A stretch of DNA of 64,000 bases. It comes from Marinicella sp. (GTDB taxonomy: Bacteria; Pseudomonadota; Gammaproteobacteria; Xanthomonadales; Marinicellaceae). The notes below the pieces were generated by a model that made no database searches, had not been told where the DNA came from, and worked only from the letters and a program-made list of their open reading frames with translations. The stretch's first letter is position 1, and each line of letters opens with the position of its first letter. The stretch lies in assembly GCA_965230295.1 (NCBI GenBank), contig OZ246001.1, positions 3,104,001 through 3,168,000 of the forward strand, given 5' to 3'. Both the position numbers and the translations under genes were made by a program. Shown here one piece after another: positions 32,019 to 40,916 of the stretch.

Positions 32019-32324
32019 TCAGTCTGCTTGACAGAATTGCACCACGGTCACACCAGGACTGTTGGTCACAGCAGCCAATTGTTGTTGGCAGTAAGCCATG
32101 GTTGATCCGGTCAGAGTCAGGAATTGGAGTTGTGAAGTTTGTTGCCCTGAACTGTTGATGACCCAGATGCGGTATTTAACAACAGCACTGTATGAATAGA
32201 CTGGATCACGATCAATGTCGATGGGGCCGGTAGCCACACAGCCATTACAAGCCGCTTGGGCCGAAACGGCACCTAATAACATACAAGCCACAAACAGCAA
32301 TAAGCTCATTTTTGATGTTCTCAT
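32019..32324 (-). CDS. Small secreted Cys-containing protein
   Basis: GAGAGGAG SD, signal peptide ending AQA, four Cys in the mature part. Confidence 0.7.
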   Translation of the reverse strand: MRTSKMSLLLFVACMLLGAVSAQAACNGCVATGPIDIDRDPVYSYSAVVKYRIWVINSSGQQTSQLQFLTLTGSTMAYCQQQLAAVTNSPGVTVVQFCQAD

Positions 32325-32508
32325 TTTTTTCTCCTCTCTTTGGTTTTGAATAAAATCACTTCCGCTTTAATGAAAGTTCAGCAACAGTTTAGGGATTCTG
32401 CTGTGAAAGCGAGAAAATGCTTTGGAAAAAACTGGTAAAAAAGAAAATATATTCAATGAAAACAATGACATATACCTTACTAAAGATAATCATTAATTCA
32501 TGCTTTTA

Positions 32509-32543
32509 CGTCATTGCGAGGCACAGCGTGCCGCGGCAATCTC
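32509..32543. repeat. Short palindromic repeat element
   Basis: CGTCATTGCGAGGCAC-AGC-GTGCCGCGGCAATCTC hairpin; resembles GTCATTGCGAG...GCAATC intergenic repeats. Confidence 0.55.
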
Positions 32544-32583
32544 CAGATACTGGCAGGAAGTGGTTAAAAATCATGCACCATAG

Positions 32584-32638
32584 ACGTGGACTGAAGTCCA
32601 CGCTCCGATTGTTGTGGAGCGTCGGCTTCAGCCGACGT
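32584..32638. repeat. REP doublet (REPIN-like)
   Basis: Inverted pair CGTGGACTGAAGTCCACGCTCC and GTGGAGCGTCGGCTTCAGCCGACG, each self-palindromic. Confidence 0.7.
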
Positions 32639-32656
32639 TAAAGCTGTCCTGTCTAT

Positions 32657-32706
32657 TCGAACCTGTATCCGCAAGAAATCGCGAGTACCCGTTAGCAATT
32701 AAACTG
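32657..32706 (-). pseudogene. Internally deleted relic of the tmRNA 3' half
   Basis: 16/19 match to 33851-33869 joined at CGCAAG to a 35/37 match to 34030-34066. Confidence 0.85.
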
Positions 32707-32767
32707 TCATATTGGTAAGAGCCTATCCCTTAATGGTTATTATTTTCATTGAACTCTTGAATTATAA

Positions 32768-32812
32768 ATAAGTGCTTATATAATAAATAATGTTATACCT
32801 ATAAGTGCTTAT
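32768..32812. promoter_or_regulatory. Twin palindromic operators upstream of the MarR gene
   Basis: ATAAGTGCTTAT at 32768 and 32801. Confidence 0.65.
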
Positions 32813-32817
32813 ATAAA

Positions 32818-33315
32818 ATGACAGAGAAAAAAGATTATTTTGATGAATTGGGCGAAGTGGCGCTGGGTAGTCGTTTAAAGCGATTGAGCGACCGAATGAT
32901 GAGCGATGCTTTGCGTGTCTACAAATACATGGATCAGGACATTCAGCCTAAGTGGTTCACCTTCATGTCGCTGTTATATGAACGAGAATCCGTTTCAGTG
33001 GTTGAAGCCTCCGAACTGCTGGGACTGAGCCAGCCCTGTATCAGTCAATTCAGCAAAGAGCTGATAAAGAATGACCTGGCCCAGAGCCGATCAGATGAAA
33101 ATGATTTAAGAAAAAAAATACTGTCCTTAACAGAAAAAGGCAGAAGGGAATACAACAGCATGGAACCCATTCGCAGTGCAGTGAAAAAAGCTGCAGTGTC
33201 TTTATGTGAAGACAGCGGGTTTGATTTTTATCAGGCCATCATCCAGTTTGAAAAGGCATTATCTGAAAAGTCTCTTTATCAAAGAACCATGGAGAAATAT
33301 CATGAAAACAAATAA
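32818..33315 (+). CDS. MarR-family transcriptional regulator
   Basis: ALGSRLKRLSDR, winged HTH SQPCISQ...DLRKKILSLTEKG. Confidence 0.9.
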   Translation: MTEKKDYFDELGEVALGSRLKRLSDRMMSDALRVYKYMDQDIQPKWFTFMSLLYERESVSVVEASELLGLSQPCISQFSKELIKNDLAQSRSDENDLRKKILSLTEKGRREYNSMEPIRSAVKKAAVSLCEDSGFDFYQAIIQFEKALSEKSLYQRTMEKYHENK

Positions 33316-33790
33316 TATTGATGTTCAAATCGTACCGTTTCAGCCAGAACTTGCAAAGTATTTTTATAGCATCAATGCTGAATGGGTGAATGATATGTTT
33401 GAGATGGAAGAAATTGATGAAATGATACTGTCGCAGCCACAAAAACACATCATCGACAAAGGAGGCCAGATCTGGTTTGCTATCAGTCAGGATTTGGGCG
33501 TGATAGGAACCTGTGCACTGAAGAATGCAGGAAAAGGGTGGTATGAACTGACCAAGATGGGTGTTATTGAAAAAGCACGTGGCCTTAAAGCAGGAGAGGC
33601 CTTGATCAAGCATGTCATCGAGGAGTGCAACAGAATCAATTGTGAAACCCTGTTCTTACTCACCAATAAAAAATGCGAAGCCGCCATTCACCTCTATGAA
33701 AAGCACGGCTTTGTGCATGATCAAGGCATAAAAGACAAATTCAGCCATCTTTATGAACGCAGTGATGTATTTATGAAGTATATGGGGTAA
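33302..33790 (+). CDS. GNAT family N-acetyltransferase
   Basis: ELTKMGV...ARGLKAG, AIHLYEKHGF; own GGAG SD, start at MKTNN. Confidence 0.9.
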   Translation: MKTNNIDVQIVPFQPELAKYFYSINAEWVNDMFEMEEIDEMILSQPQKHIIDKGGQIWFAISQDLGVIGTCALKNAGKGWYELTKMGVIEKARGLKAGEALIKHVIEECNRINCETLFLLTNKKCEAAIHLYEKHGFVHDQGIKDKFSHLYERSDVFMKYMG

Positions 33791-33798
33791 GTTGTCAT

Positions 33799-33829
33799 AA
33801 AAAAGGCCACCCTAAGGGTAGCCTTTTTT
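33799..33829. terminator. Bidirectional terminator between the GNAT gene and ssrA
   Basis: AAAAAAGGCCACCC-TAA-GGGTAGCCTTTTTT. Confidence 0.85.
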
Positions 33830-33832
33830 ATT

Positions 33833-34185
33833 TGGTGGAGACGGCGGGAATCGAACCCGCGTCCGCAAGTCCTCTGCTTGAGGCTCTACATGCTTAGTTT
33901 TGGCTTTTAATCTTATGTCGGCAGCTCCGCCAATCAGGATTTACCGACACCAGTTCAGATTTGATTTAACCCGTTGCGTCTAAACAGCACAACGAGCGAT
34001 CTTGCTGGTTATGACGGACAGTTCACGAACGCAAGAAATCGCGAGTGCCCGTTAGCAATTAAGCTGCTAAAGCGTAGTTATCGTCGTTTGCAACTATAAC
34101 TTTGAAACTGAGTTTTACGAGGTGAATTTCGCCCTCGGCATGCACCTACAAGTTTTGCCACCCACGTCGAAGCCAGGTCGTCCCC
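33833..34185 (-). ncRNA. ssrA: tmRNA
   Basis: 5' GGGGACG pairs with 3' CGTCTCC-ACCA (G3:U wobble), T-arm GGTTCGATTCCC, tag frame ANDDNYALAA*. Confidence 0.98.
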
Positions 34186-34203
34186 TTGTAATCGGTCGTT
34201 TGA

Positions 34204-34232
34204 ATATGGTGTCATCAGGCATCAAATTCAAG
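34204..34232 (-). promoter_or_regulatory. Sigma32-like promoter upstream of ssrA
   Basis: CTTGAA-15 bp-CACCATAT on the minus strand; a TACAAT -10 lies just upstream. Confidence 0.5.
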
Positions 34233-34564
34233 GAGGGCCATTGTATCACTGATGGTCTGAATAACAACTGAATGTTTGACTTGTGACAGCAGAATCATTT
34301 TCTTGCTGAACACGCTTTTTCAGATTAAGTCTTTTTAATGAGGCATCGTTCTATGTGGGTTTCACCCTCGGCATGCGGTTTAGTGGCTTTGCTGGCTGTA
34401 GCTGCTTTTTATTGAGTGACTGCCTTAGTTAAATATTCCGATGTTGAAGCCAAAACAATATTTTCGGTGAGTTAACAAAGGTTCAGGGTGACTTGCTAAA
34501 AAGCCACCCCTTTATCGTTAGAGCTTATTACCCCAATTTTTTAACAGGATAATATGTAGTACCT

Positions 34565-34879
34565 TTACGGGCAATTTCTCAAACAAACTTCTAATTCCCA
34601 TACACAGTAACCATAAGGGTTCTCATATTTGCATTGTTCAAATTCTGCTGCGCATGCAGAAAAGCATGCATTGGAACTCTTGGTTTGAAATAACACACTA
34701 TCAGAACTCATTGCTTGCAAGAACTGCGCATTGTTAGGTGCTTTATAAATATCAAAAGATGCAGGTGATACTGCTTGAGTAATAGCATCTGCTGGTTGTG
34801 ATACTACATCAACTGAATCTTTGGAAAAAGCTGCAGTGAATGTAATTGAAAGAGCCAAAGCTAATAATATTTTTTTCAT
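34565..34879 (-). CDS. Small secreted protein with a six-Cys C-terminal domain
   Basis: MKKILLALALS signal peptide; CX3C-X6-C-X8-C-X6-CX3C. Confidence 0.75.
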   Translation of the reverse strand: MKKILLALALSITFTAAFSKDSVDVVSQPADAITQAVSPASFDIYKAPNNAQFLQAMSSDSVLFQTKSSNACFSACAAEFEQCKYENPYGYCVWELEVCLRNCP

Positions 34880-35146
34880 AAAAATTTTCCTATAATATTA
34901 ATTGAGTTAATACAAATTCCATTTAAATCTAACAACTCCATTTTTATGGTTTAAGTAGCAAAACCATGGGCACATGATATCGGTATCCAAGGAAAACCTA
35001 TTATCATGAAAAAGACTAAAACTTGCTTATTTTGATTAAATTGTTAATTGTAAAAGACCAAAGTTTGTGAATTAAGGACATCAGATTGACTCACACCAAT
35101 ACAATTCTTATCATGCAGCCAAATCAATAACTTAAGGAGAAAACAT

Positions 35147-35425
35147 ATGAAAAAATTGATTAAAATTTCAGGACTAACTTTGATACTGGTATTATCTAAC
35201 GCCAGTTACACCAATGCCACAGGGAACGTAACACATTGTTACCACGGTGATACCACTCAGCCTTTTCATGAGTTGTATGCAGTGGTAACGAACGGCATAT
35301 GTCCCCCTTATGTTCACCCCGAACCTGTTCCTGAGCCTGACCCAGAGCCGGGAGTACCTCACTTCAAAATGCATCGTGCTGGTGATCCTGACTGCCAACT
35401 TAATGACGTAAACCCTTTTCAATAA
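35147..35425 (+). CDS. Small secreted protein with a Pro-rich linker
   Basis: AAGGAG SD, signal peptide, PEPVPEPDPEP; hairpin at ~35434-35479 downstream. Confidence 0.7.
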   Translation: MKKLIKISGLTLILVLSNASYTNATGNVTHCYHGDTTQPFHELYAVVTNGICPPYVHPEPVPEPDPEPGVPHFKMHRAGDPDCQLNDVNPFQ

Positions 35426-35549
35426 AAAATGAATGTCAAGCCCTGTTAATTGGTGCTTGCTAATTATCAGGGCTTGATAAAACATACCTTTTTGATTTAT
35501 TTATATTTAAGTTAAACTAGGAAAACTCCAGAAAAACGTTTGTGTGTAA

Positions 35550-38500
35550 TTGAGAAAATCAATATTAACCTATGTGGCAGCTGTCATTGCTTTGGTCGTC
35601 AACTTGGATGTTTTAGCCAGCGGATTTCATTTCCATAAACTTGATGTTAACAACAAAATTTCTAATCATTCCATTAATGCATTTGCCATGGATGATCAAG
35701 GATACTTACTGTTTTCTACCAACTTTGAACTATGGAAATTCGATGGCTATAAAGCTGTACCATTTCGAATTAACATGCCCAACAATACAAAGGGCCTGAA
35801 AAATATCAGGGATCTTCTGTTTGATTCATCGCACAATTTATGGATTGGTTCCACATCCAATGGGCTTATTCGTTATACAGAAAAAAATCAATCTGTACTG
35901 TCATTCAATACAGAATCAAGTGACCACCGTTTGATGTCCAACACCATTTCTGCACTAGAACTTGATCAAAATGGTGATGTTTGGGTAGGTACTGATCTGG
36001 GGCTTCATCTCATATCTATGTCATCAGAAGTGAGCTATTTCCCGTTCAATGAATCACAGGCTAAAAGTGATGATACATACATAACCTCAATTCTTGATAA
36101 CAAGACAAATGAACTGTTAGTAAGTACCAAGAAAGGGGTCTATGTTTTCGATAAATCTCTACATACGTATGAATCAATTAGATTCAATAACTTTGTCTCC
36201 AACTACATTTTTAGTATCTATAAGGATGAGAACAAGAACATTTGGCTGAGTACTGATAAAGGTTTATTTGTCAATAATGAGGATGGTTTATTCAAACAGT
36301 TTAAACCTGAATACTTGAATCTTCCTGTCACATCTGTGGTCGTACAAAATCACACCGTATGGGTTGGAGTCTTTAATCGGGGCTTGTATAAAGTATCCTT
36401 AATCAATGATGAAGTCACTCATTACGAACATTTACAAAACAATGAAAACTCTTTAGCAAGCAACTCAATAAGTTCGTTGGTTTTAGATAAAAACAACTTG
36501 CTGTGGATTACTACATTTGATCGAGGCATCAACTTCATTGATACCAATACCATCAGTTTTGGTATGTATGACAACTCACAAAACAGTGTATATTGTTCAG
36601 GCTCCAATTCATTCAATGGATTTATTAAGGATGAGTCTGGAACTTTGTGGATTGCAACTGATACAGGTCTTGTTAAATGGAATCAACAAAACAATGTTTG
36701 TGTTGATTATAAAATGACAGGCAATTCTGAAGATGAAGCGTTGCTGCTTTATTCCGATTCACTGACTTTTCAACCCAATGGCAATATATGGATGTCTACG
36801 GGGTTGGGGTTGTTTGAGTTTGATTTGGAGTCAGACCAAATCAGGAAATTACCTAATAACATAGATACAGGAGCAAGTTTCACGGTACCGCTAGATGATG
36901 GTCTTTTATTGGTAGGTAGCTGGAACGGATTGTATAAGTACAATATAAAAGAACAAGAATTCAAAAAATTTAAAGTTCAAGCTGAAAACTTAAAGACTGC
37001 AAATTTCTATAACTATCAGATCAGTACTGAAGGTGGTATGTATTTTTCATCCGATTCAGGGGTGTTAACATTAACCAATGATGACACAGTTGCAGTTCAT
37101 CAAAAAGTACAAAGCCAATTACCCACCAAAGATATTTTATCCCTGTTATTTTTTGATCAAGATTTATTGATTGGCACCTTTCAACACGGGCTTTATCATT
37201 TTGATTCAATGGGTAACCTTAAGCACCACTATAATGAATCAAATCAAATACCCAGTGATTCAAGTATTTATAACATCCTCGAAGATGGTATCAACTTCTG
37301 GTTGAGTACTGAAAATGGGTTGATAAAATTAAATATCAAAGAGAAAACAGCCCATACGTTTTATCAAAGTGATGGGTTAAAGAGCCATTTTTTTAATTTG
37401 AATGCAGCCTACAAATCTTCTGATGGCATGCTCTTTTTTGGTAGCCGCAACGGATTCAATGGTTTTTACCCTCAAGATATAAAATTAAACATGACTCCTC
37501 CCAATGTCGTGCTGACTGATTTTACTCGCTTTGGTCAATCGATAAAATTTGGGAATGATCAAGGAGACTTCATTTTAAAGAAAGACATTAACCTCATGGA
37601 TGAGTTGATATTAAACCACAAGGACTATGTGATTGGTTTTGAATTTGCTGCCCTTGATTTGGCGGATGCGTCACGAAATCTATATGCCTTTAAAATGGAA
37701 GGACTGGACCCTCAGTGGACCTACACAGCAGCGGATCAACGCAGAATCAGTTATTCTAATTTATCACCTGGTAAATACACATTTAAAGTGAAAGGTGCTA
37801 ATAAAGATGGTGTCTGGAATGAGGTAGGCAAATCTTTAAAAATCACAGTAAAACCGGCACCCTGGTTTAGTTGGTGGGCCTTGTTAGGCTACTCAGTATC
37901 CATTTATTTCTTGATCAGCTGGTATATTAACAAGAAGAACCAACAAAGTAAGGCGTATACACAAAAACTTAAAACAGAAGTAGAAGAACAAACCAAAGAA
38001 CTGAAAAGACAAAAACAAACCGTAGAAGATTTACTATCTAAAAAGAATGAATTATTTGCCAATATTTCTCATGAGTTCAGAACGCCATTGACGCTTATTT
38101 TGGGCCCGGTCAATAACCTATTAAAATCTAACTTACATCAATCCAATATCAACTCATTAAAAATGGTTAAAAGAAACGCCAACCGTTTGTTAACCATGAT
38201 TGAACAGCTGTTAGAACTCGCAAAAATATCAGGCTCTGAAAAAGTTCAATTTTTCCAAGTTGAGACCCAGCCCGTTATTAAAAATTTAGTTAATTCATTT
38301 GCTGCATTAGCAGATGAAAAAAGAATCCGTTTGCAATTATCATGTAATGATCCTGTGGTGATAGAAACCAGTAACAATGCATTAGAAATAGTTCTGGGGA
38401 ACTTATTGTCAAATGCGATTAAATATACGCAAACAGGAGGAAATATTACTGTCACCGCAAAAAAAATAAATGACCAGCTATCAATCGCCGTTAAAGATGA

Positions 38501-39581
38501 AGGGTGCGGTCTTGATGAACAGCAAAAAGAAGATATCTTTAATCGGTTTAAGCGTTTGGATTCACACCAAAATATAGAAGGAACAGGAATAGGTTTAAGC
38601 GTGGTAGAAGAAGTCATTGAAACCAATGGAGCCAGCATTCATATCACAAGCAAACCAGGGTTAGGCAGTACATTCACTGTTGATTTTAATGTCGTTGAAA
38701 GGCAAGCAAATAAACCATCGAAATTCTCTGAGTCACAATTAATTAAGCAGCTTACCTTAGAAAACACCACCTCAATTCAAAAAACAACAGATGATCAAAC
38801 AAGCAGTCATCAAAAAGAAAATATTCTGGTTATTGATGACAACCCAGATATGAGAGAACATATTGCTGCAACATTAAGAGAGCATTACCAATGTTCTTTG
38901 GCAGAGGGTGGCAAAGCAGGAATTGCTCTGGCATTAAAACTGGTTCCAGATATTATTATTTGTGATGTGATGATGCCAGAAATGGATGGTTTTCAAGTCA
39001 GTCGTATTTTGCGGTCAGACTCGAGAACATCACACATTCCATTGGTACTTTTAACGGCACTTGACTCCAAAGAAAGCAGAATCAAGGGTTGGCGTGAACA
39101 TGTAGATGCTTATTTAACAAAGCCATTTGATGCAGATGAATTACTCTTGCAGCTAGAAAATATTTCTGTAATACGAAATATTCTTATGGAAAAAAACAGA
39201 TCTATCATAAAAGCGGGAAAAAAGGCACCTTCCAACATAGACTTGCCTCAAAAGGACCAAGAGTTTGTCAACAAGCTAAATATGTACATTGCCAAAAATT
39301 ACAAAAACTCTTTAATCACAAAAGCAAATTTAGCAAAGAATATGGCTGTAAGTGAAAGGCAGTTACAAAGAAAACTGAAGGCTTTGATTAATAAAAATCC
39401 TATGGATATTTTGAGAGAGTATCGGTTGAGTCAGGCAGCCATCATGTTAAAAGATGGTTATCAAGTCAGCATAACTTCTGATGAGTGTGGCTTTAACTCT
39501 TTGCCTCATTTTTCTAAATGTTTCAAATCACAATACGGTTTATCACCCAAAGTTTACCAGCAAACATGTAACAACAAATAA
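35550..39581 (+). CDS. Hybrid two-component sensor-regulator (beta-propeller, Y_Y_Y, HisKA, HATPase, REC, AraC HTH)
   Basis: WIGS/WVGT propeller repeats, YSNLSPGKYTFKVKGAN, SHEFRTPLT, GTGIGL, CDVMMP, FSKCFKSQYGLSP. Confidence 0.93.
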   Translation: MRKSILTYVAAVIALVVNLDVLASGFHFHKLDVNNKISNHSINAFAMDDQGYLLFSTNFELWKFDGYKAVPFRINMPNNTKGLKNIRDLLFDSSHNLWIGSTSNGLIRYTEKNQSVLSFNTESSDHRLMSNTISALELDQNGDVWVGTDLGLHLISMSSEVSYFPFNESQAKSDDTYITSILDNKTNELLVSTKKGVYVFDKSLHTYESIRFNNFVSNYIFSIYKDENKNIWLSTDKGLFVNNEDGLFKQFKPEYLNLPVTSVVVQNHTVWVGVFNRGLYKVSLINDEVTHYEHLQNNENSLASNSISSLVLDKNNLLWITTFDRGINFIDTNTISFGMYDNSQNSVYCSGSNSFNGFIKDESGTLWIATDTGLVKWNQQNNVCVDYKMTGNSEDEALLLYSDSLTFQPNGNIWMSTGLGLFEFDLESDQIRKLPNNIDTGASFTVPLDDGLLLVGSWNGLYKYNIKEQEFKKFKVQAENLKTANFYNYQISTEGGMYFSSDSGVLTLTNDDTVAVHQKVQSQLPTKDILSLLFFDQDLLIGTFQHGLYHFDSMGNLKHHYNESNQIPSDSSIYNILEDGINFWLSTENGLIKLNIKEKTAHTFYQSDGLKSHFFNLNAAYKSSDGMLFFGSRNGFNGFYPQDIKLNMTPPNVVLTDFTRFGQSIKFGNDQGDFILKKDINLMDELILNHKDYVIGFEFAALDLADASRNLYAFKMEGLDPQWTYTAADQRRISYSNLSPGKYTFKVKGANKDGVWNEVGKSLKITVKPAPWFSWWALLGYSVSIYFLISWYINKKNQQSKAYTQKLKTEVEEQTKELKRQKQTVEDLLSKKNELFANISHEFRTPLTLILGPVNNLLKSNLHQSNINSLKMVKRNANRLLTMIEQLLELAKISGSEKVQFFQVETQPVIKNLVNSFAALADEKRIRLQLSCNDPVVIETSNNALEIVLGNLLSNAIKYTQTGGNITVTAKKINDQLSIAVKDEGCGLDEQQKEDIFNRFKRLDSHQNIEGTGIGLSVVEEVIETNGASIHITSKPGLGSTFTVDFNVVERQANKPSKFSESQLIKQLTLENTTSIQKTTDDQTSSHQKENILVIDDNPDMREHIAATLREHYQCSLAEGGKAGIALALKLVPDIIICDVMMPEMDGFQVSRILRSDSRTSHIPLVLLTALDSKESRIKGWREHVDAYLTKPFDADELLLQLENISVIRNILMEKNRSIIKAGKKAPSNIDLPQKDQEFVNKLNMYIAKNYKNSLITKANLAKNMAVSERQLQRKLKALINKNPMDILREYRLSQAAIMLKDGYQVSITSDECGFNSLPHFSKCFKSQYGLSPKVYQQTCNNK

Positions 39582-39715
39582 TCAACACGATTAAAAGGAC
39601 TGCGGACTTGTGCGTCACGTTTATAGTTGTTGAGTCTCAAACCTTGTTAATAATTGCAAGATTCTTTCCTTTTGGGGTTCTTCTTAATAGCGTATGTAGA
39701 AATAAGTGAAATGTT

Positions 39716-40768
39716 ATGATTAAGCCATTGATGGGGTTGGGTTTACTTTTATTATCAGCATCTGTATGGTCACAAAATGATCCGGCTTATGATGCCAGAT
39801 ATCGAGTGACATTTGTTGCTGATTGGAGTGCCAGTACTCACCCGGTGAACTTTCCGGGTAACCCACATTTTTCGCCTTTGATTGGTGCCACACATGATGA
39901 TGAAACACACTTGTGGGAAATGGGCGGCTTGTCATCGCCAGGTATCAAGTTGATGGCTGAAACCGGTGCTGTGTCAACCCTCAGTTTTGAGGTCAGTGAT
40001 TTGGTCATTGATCAACAAGCTGAACAAGTCCTTTCAGGCGGTGGCATCAGTAGATCACCTGGTTCAACGAGCCTGGAATTCAACATCACCCATGAAAACT
40101 CCTTTGTGAGTTTGGTCTCAATGATTGCACCCAGTCCAGATTGGTTTGTTGGTGTTGATGCGCTTAATCTGCGTAGCAATGGTCAGTGGCAAGAAATGAT
40201 CGCTGTAGACTTACACGCTTATGATGCCGGAACTGACAGCGGCGTTTCTTATACTTCTTCAAACCAGGTCACCAACCCTCCGGAGGTGATCAGACCAATC
40301 ACAGGGACTCCATTCGATGTCAACCCGGTGTTGGGACAATTCGTCTTTGAATTGCTTGAAACACAAGGTAATTTTCCTTTGGCTGGTGAACACAGTGGTT
40401 TGTATTTTATCCCCGAAAATTCTGGAGATGGCGTCAACTTAATCATCTCTGAAGGCGAAGAAAATAACACTGTTTTGGTCACATGGTATACCTATCGCGA
40501 TGGTCAACAGATGTGGTTGGTCGGCAGTACAGGTTTTTTAACAGGGGATACAGAAGTCACAATAAGCATGTTTAGAACCAGCGGTGGTCAATTCGGTGAC
40601 GATTTCAATGCAGATGATGTTGAGGTGACTCCTTGGGGTTCAGTCTCTGTTTCTATCCCCACTTGTGGCCACATGAATATGGCGTTTGAAGGGACAGAAA
40701 ACATCGATGAGTTTGGCACGGCGCAATACACTCAATTGACTGGAGTAGGTGATTTGCGGTGTGAATGA
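39716..40768 (+). CDS. Secreted spondin_N domain protein with an additional C-terminal domain
   Basis: HFSPLIGATH, SMIAPSPDWFVG, YDAGTDSG; then SGLYF...WYTY...WLVG domain. Confidence 0.88.
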   Translation: MIKPLMGLGLLLLSASVWSQNDPAYDARYRVTFVADWSASTHPVNFPGNPHFSPLIGATHDDETHLWEMGGLSSPGIKLMAETGAVSTLSFEVSDLVIDQQAEQVLSGGGISRSPGSTSLEFNITHENSFVSLVSMIAPSPDWFVGVDALNLRSNGQWQEMIAVDLHAYDAGTDSGVSYTSSNQVTNPPEVIRPITGTPFDVNPVLGQFVFELLETQGNFPLAGEHSGLYFIPENSGDGVNLIISEGEENNTVLVTWYTYRDGQQMWLVGSTGFLTGDTEVTISMFRTSGGQFGDDFNADDVEVTPWGSVSVSIPTCGHMNMAFEGTENIDEFGTAQYTQLTGVGDLRCE

Positions 40769-40916
40769 AGCCCCAAGAACATCCCTTTAATGTGACGAAA
40801 ATTGTAACGCCAGAAATGGTAGGCTTTACCAAACATGAAGACCTGGTGATGATTGACAGATTATTTTAGTTTATCCCCTGTTTTTTGCTGCCAGTGCGCT
40901 GAAAAATCGATATCAT

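Noticed and set aside
32417-32641. 74-aa ORF
   Set aside because: Runs through REP-like palindromes; no SD or protein features
32818-33790. Frameshifted MarR-GNAT fusion or programmed frameshift
   Set aside because: The GNAT gene has its own GGAG SD and ATG at 33302 overlapping the marR end, so two coupled genes explain it
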